A stretch of 20,000 nt of DNA from the IMG/VR virus record IMGVR_UViG_3300032233_001922, one strand, 5' to 3'. The notes under the pieces were generated by a model. That model saw nothing but the letters and a program-made list of their open reading frames with translations. It did not search any database and was not told the origin of the DNA. The first letter of the stretch is position 1, and the number at the start of each line of letters is the position of its first letter. This DNA is from an uncultured virus (IMG/VR IMGVR_UViG_3300032233_001922) (taxonomy: Duplodnaviria > Heunggongvirae > Uroviricota > Caudoviricetes). Both the position numbers and the translations under genes were made by a program. This document shows, piece by piece, positions 17,287 to 20,000 of this stretch.

Positions 17287-17368
17287 AATTTTGTACTTTT
17301 ATAATTAGTCATTAATTCAATAATCAGGATTTATTTTTTCCTCCTGCTACAAGCGTCCACCGTTAAAA
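17238..17368 (+). repeat. attC-like site 5
   Basis: ACATAAC-at-ACGTTTGTAGCAAGAGGA...TCCTCCTGCTACAAGCGT-ccacc-GTTAAAA. Confidence 0.8.
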
Positions 17369-17599
17369 CATATTCCCAGTAATTTGCATATTTGCCAACA
17401 TCGTATCTTCATTTTCATCTGACTTCATTTGTAATGAAATACTTTCGCCCCAACACACACAATTAACGTTTCCTTCTATATCTATTTCAAACCTTATAAA
17501 TCCAGCCGAAACTGGATTAAAGTTTTTAAAGTCTGAATGATTATTTAATCCAGAAAATACAATAATTTTTTTGTCGTTTGTTTTAATATACTTTGCCAT
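17363..17599 (-). CDS. hypothetical phage protein (78 aa)
   Basis: ORF whose TAA stop is the TTA of the last G|TTA core. Confidence 0.75.
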   Translation of the reverse strand: MAKYIKTNDKKIIVFSGLNNHSDFKNFNPVSAGFIRFEIDIEGNVNCVCWGESISLQMKSDENEDTMLANMQITGNMF

Positions 17600-17604
17600 A
17601 AGTT

Positions 17605-18336
17605 CTATTTTTTCAATTGTTTAAGTTTAGTTTTAAGTTCCGTTGGAAATTCATTTTTAAGTACCCAATCTAAATAACCCATATCGTTAACTACTGGCTT
17701 GTGCATATTTTTACCAAACGACCAACATACTTCCCCGTTTTCATTTATGTAAGTTTTACCCCCTACATCGTTTCTTTTACGATTTCCTTGACAATAAACA
17801 TCTATTTCAGCTGGTGTTGTTTCTGGCTTGTTTTCTAATTGGTGCATTAATATTTCAAACGTTGCTCTAACATCGTTTAAAGCATCGTGCGAACCCTCTA
17901 AATCTTTTCCAGTATATCTTTTGTAAACCGCCCCAATATTGTTTGGATTAAGTAGGCGTTCATACTTTAAAACATCTACTAAATTTAACTCCCAAGTCGG
18001 GAACTCAATATCGCATCTACCAAACTCCTCAATCAAAAGAGGTATATCATAAGAATCAGAATTGTAACCGCCAATATCACATCCTTCAAAATAATTAAAC
18101 AATGATTTTGCTATTTGTGAAAAGTAAGGCGCATCTTTAATTGTTTCGTCTGTTATTCCGTGTACATCTGATGCTTCTTTTGGAATTGGTATTAGTGGTT
18201 TTACAAGAATGTTTTTTTCTTCTTTGTTTCCATCTAAATCAATTTTAATACAAGCTATTTGTACTATCCTATCGTTTTGCACAGATACTCCAGTAGATTC
18301 TAAATCAAAAAAAATAATTGGTTTTGTGATTTTCAT
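17605..18336 (-). CDS. DEDDh 3'-5' exonuclease (DnaQ/epsilon-like)
   Basis: IFFDLESTG, VHGI, GYNSDSYD, HDALNDV. Confidence 0.92.
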   Translation of the reverse strand: MKITKPIIFFDLESTGVSVQNDRIVQIACIKIDLDGNKEEKNILVKPLIPIPKEASDVHGITDETIKDAPYFSQIAKSLFNYFEGCDIGGYNSDSYDIPLLIEEFGRCDIEFPTWELNLVDVLKYERLLNPNNIGAVYKRYTGKDLEGSHDALNDVRATFEILMHQLENKPETTPAEIDVYCQGNRKRNDVGGKTYINENGEVCWSFGKNMHKPVVNDMGYLDWVLKNEFPTELKTKLKQLKK

Positions 18337-18363
18337 TTTGTTGTTATTTGTTTAAGTTATTAT

Positions 18364-18531
18364 TTAAGTATTTAAAAATTTTTCTATTTCTTTTTTGTGT
18401 TGAATAAGTAATGGTTTTATATAAAACTTATCGTTTTCTTTTCTGAAAGCAACAATACCATTTAATCTATTAATTGAAAGATTGTATTGTTTTTCTGTTA
18501 CTTCTATTTTAACGTTATATTCTATTTTCAT
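18364..18531 (-). CDS. hypothetical protein (55 aa, MKIEYNVKIEVTEKQY...)
   Basis: Manual translation; starts immediately after the upstream stop. Confidence 0.55.
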   Translation of the reverse strand: MKIEYNVKIEVTEKQYNLSINRLNGIVAFRKENDKFYIKPLLIQHKKEIEKFLNT

Positions 18532-18765
18532 TTAACTAAACAATTGCGTTAATAATACACCACATACTGCTCCTATTCCAGCTCCTAAAGAATACGTTAG
18601 TTTTTGATTGATTGTGCTTATTGCTAAACGAGAAACATTGAAAGTCCAAAGTAAAGAAATAAGAAACGCAACTGCAAATAAACCAACGTATAAATGTTTT
18701 GTAATTAGTATTGTAGAAACTGAAACAAGTCCTACTTGAAAGAATGATTGAAAGAATGTTCTCAT
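18532..18765 (-). CDS. small membrane protein
   Basis: Likely start MRTFFQSFF at 18765 (ATGA overlap); about three hydrophobic segments. Confidence 0.65.
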   Translation of the reverse strand: MRTFFQSFFQVGLVSVSTILITKHLYVGLFAVAFLISLLWTFNVSRLAISTINQKLTYSLGAGIGAVCGVLLTQLFS

Positions 18766-18938
18766 AGATTTTTTATAATAAACATTAAATATACAATAGC
18801 AAAAACAAAAGAAGCAAAACAAACGAAAGAAAATATTAAAGCAAAACAAAAGCGCAAATTTTCGTTTCTTTTTTCTATGTTGTTTTCTGATTTATAAATT
18901 GTATCTTTTACAATTTTTCTGTAAGGTTTTTTCTTCAT
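18762..18938 (-). CDS. small protein with a C-terminal transmembrane segment
   Basis: Likely start MKKKPYRK at 18938, just after the upstream stop. Confidence 0.5.
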   Translation of the reverse strand: MKKKPYRKIVKDTIYKSENNIEKRNENLRFCFALIFSFVCFASFVFAIVYLMFIIKNL

Positions 18939-18942
18939 AATA

Positions 18943-19140
18943 TTATTTATTAAATTTTTCGTTGTAGTATTGTTCTGCATTTTCAATTCCAAAATAATGT
19001 AAAGAATTAATAATCTGTTGCTTTTCCATTTCTTTGGCGTGGTTAATTGAATTGATATACAAAATTTCATCTTCATCTTTTAAAACAGGCAATACTATTT
19101 TTAATTCTTGTACTAACCATTCTACTGCTGTCTGTGCCAT
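18943..19140 (-). CDS. hypothetical phage protein (QTAVEWL type)
   Basis: MAQTAVEWL...AKEMEKQQI...AEQYYNE, a pattern I recognise from Bacteroidota phage proteins. Confidence 0.75.
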   Translation of the reverse strand: MAQTAVEWLVQELKIVLPVLKDEDEILYINSINHAKEMEKQQIINSLHYFGIENAEQYYNEKFNK

Positions 19141-19141
19141 T

Positions 19142-19870
19142 TTATTTGTTTTTAAATTGTTCTACTACTCTTTCTTTTACAAACTCTAAATAATCCCAAT
19201 TATCATCTTTAAATTCATTTTTTATTTCAGTAATAAATAAATCTATCGCCTCACTATAACTTCTTTCTTGTTGCTTATTATGTCCATATTTCTCAATAAG
19301 TCTTATTGCTAAAGCATCTGATTTCGTAAGTAATAAAAATTTTATATCTTCCAACAACGCTTCTTCAAGAGTGGTTTCTTGTTTAGGTTCTTCACTTGGA
19401 ATGATGATTTTGTAATTAAATAAATCAACACCTCTATAACCTTTATCAACTTCAAATTCTACTAATTTTGTTTCAACCTCCTCACAACTTGGATTCTTAA
19501 CAAACCATTCTAAAAACTCATCATCAATAGCTTGTACACCATCTTTGATTAAGTCTTGGTCTGTTGTTAGTATGATTTTTTTACAATATTGAGAGTATGG
19601 TTCAACTAAATATTCATTTGTTTTGTCCAAATCTGCTTTTACAATACAATCAAATTTTGTTGTTTTATATTTTGTTTTTTTATCAAGCATAAAAAGAGCG
19701 TACCAATCCCCCTCTTTAATTTCTTCATCAGAAGTGATGTAGATGTTTTGGTTTATTTCATTAACTCCATCTCCTTTTTGTGGTTTATGGTAGTTGTATA
19801 ATTTATCATCTATGATAAATAACCTACTCGGTTTATCCTTTGCCACTACGTGTATATTTTTGGCTTCCAT
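19142..19870 (-). CDS. hypothetical phage protein
   Basis: 242-aa ORF with NIYITSDEEIKEGDW and KIILTTDQDLIKDGVQAIDDEFLEWFVKNP segments. Confidence 0.8.
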   Translation of the reverse strand: MEAKNIHVVAKDKPSRLFIIDDKLYNYHKPQKGDGVNEINQNIYITSDEEIKEGDWYALFMLDKKTKYKTTKFDCIVKADLDKTNEYLVEPYSQYCKKIILTTDQDLIKDGVQAIDDEFLEWFVKNPSCEEVETKLVEFEVDKGYRGVDLFNYKIIIPSEEPKQETTLEEALLEDIKFLLLTKSDALAIRLIEKYGHNKQQERSYSEAIDLFITEIKNEFKDDNWDYLEFVKERVVEQFKNK

Positions 19871-19912
19871 AGTATTCGTTGTTAAATTTCTTATTGTTAA
19901 ATTTTAATTATT

Positions 19913-19999
19913 TTATATAATATCTACAGATATTCCTACAATCTCTGTTTCTATCCAATTTTCTACTGAAGTATTACTGGTAAGTTGAAATTCTTGTTC
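19913..19999 (-). CDS. 3' end of a gene entering from the right edge
   Basis: Open frame EQEFQLTSNTSVENWIETEIVGISVDII ending in TAA at 19915-19913. Confidence 0.4.
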   Translation of the reverse strand, partial: EQEFQLTSNTSVENWIETEIVGISVDII

Positions 20000-20000
20000 T

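Larger units (their letters stand above)
14460..17368 (+). mobile_element. Integron-like array of five gene cassettes with attC-like sites; no integrase in the window (CALIN-like)
   Basis: G|TTA boundaries at 14460, 15188, 16209, 16609, 17083 and 17362. Cassettes are 728, 1021, 400, 474 and 279 bp. Each start is complementary to its own ...TAAC end. Confidence 0.85.

Noticed and set aside
14460..17368. Hairpins as CRISPR repeats, REP/MITE copies or simple terminators
   Set aside because: They are not sequence-identical, are spaced by whole genes, lack U-tracts and target duplications, and show cassette-specific end complementarity.
18501..18520. TATTTTAAC as R'' of a sixth cassette starting at 17363
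   Set aside because: Only 8/9 complementarity with no extension and no following hairpin, so DNA right of 17362 is treated as backbone.

Overview
AT-rich segment of a Bacteroidota (probably Flavobacterium-type) phage or prophage, almost entirely transcribed on the minus strand and using Bacteroidota TTTG-N19-21-TAnnTTTG promoters. Left to right: a partial SNF2/DarB-like helicase; a modular protein with DUF5661-like, DarA C-terminal-like and N6-adenine methyltransferase regions; a lone plus-strand micro-gene; an outer-membrane beta-barrel gene; three glycosyltransferases plus an LpxA-like acyltransferase; tRNA-Gln(UUG); a replication/regulation module; a DnaQ-like exonuclease; and typical phage hypotheticals. 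The main discovery is at 14460-17368: a tandem array of five integron-like gene cassettes, each ending in an 89-136 bp attC-like hairpin, with no integrase in the window. Each cassette's first ~14 bp are complementary to its own R'' end, with an invariant A/G difference at position 11. All cargo genes (C5-MTase, N4/N6-MTase, ASCH protein, two small proteins) are antisense to the canonical cassette orientation. Several start inside the hairpin loop and several stop at the core TAA. The array contains CCTG/CAGG words that I could not find in the first 14.4 kb, supporting foreign origin. All family assignments are by eye and need HMM confirmation.
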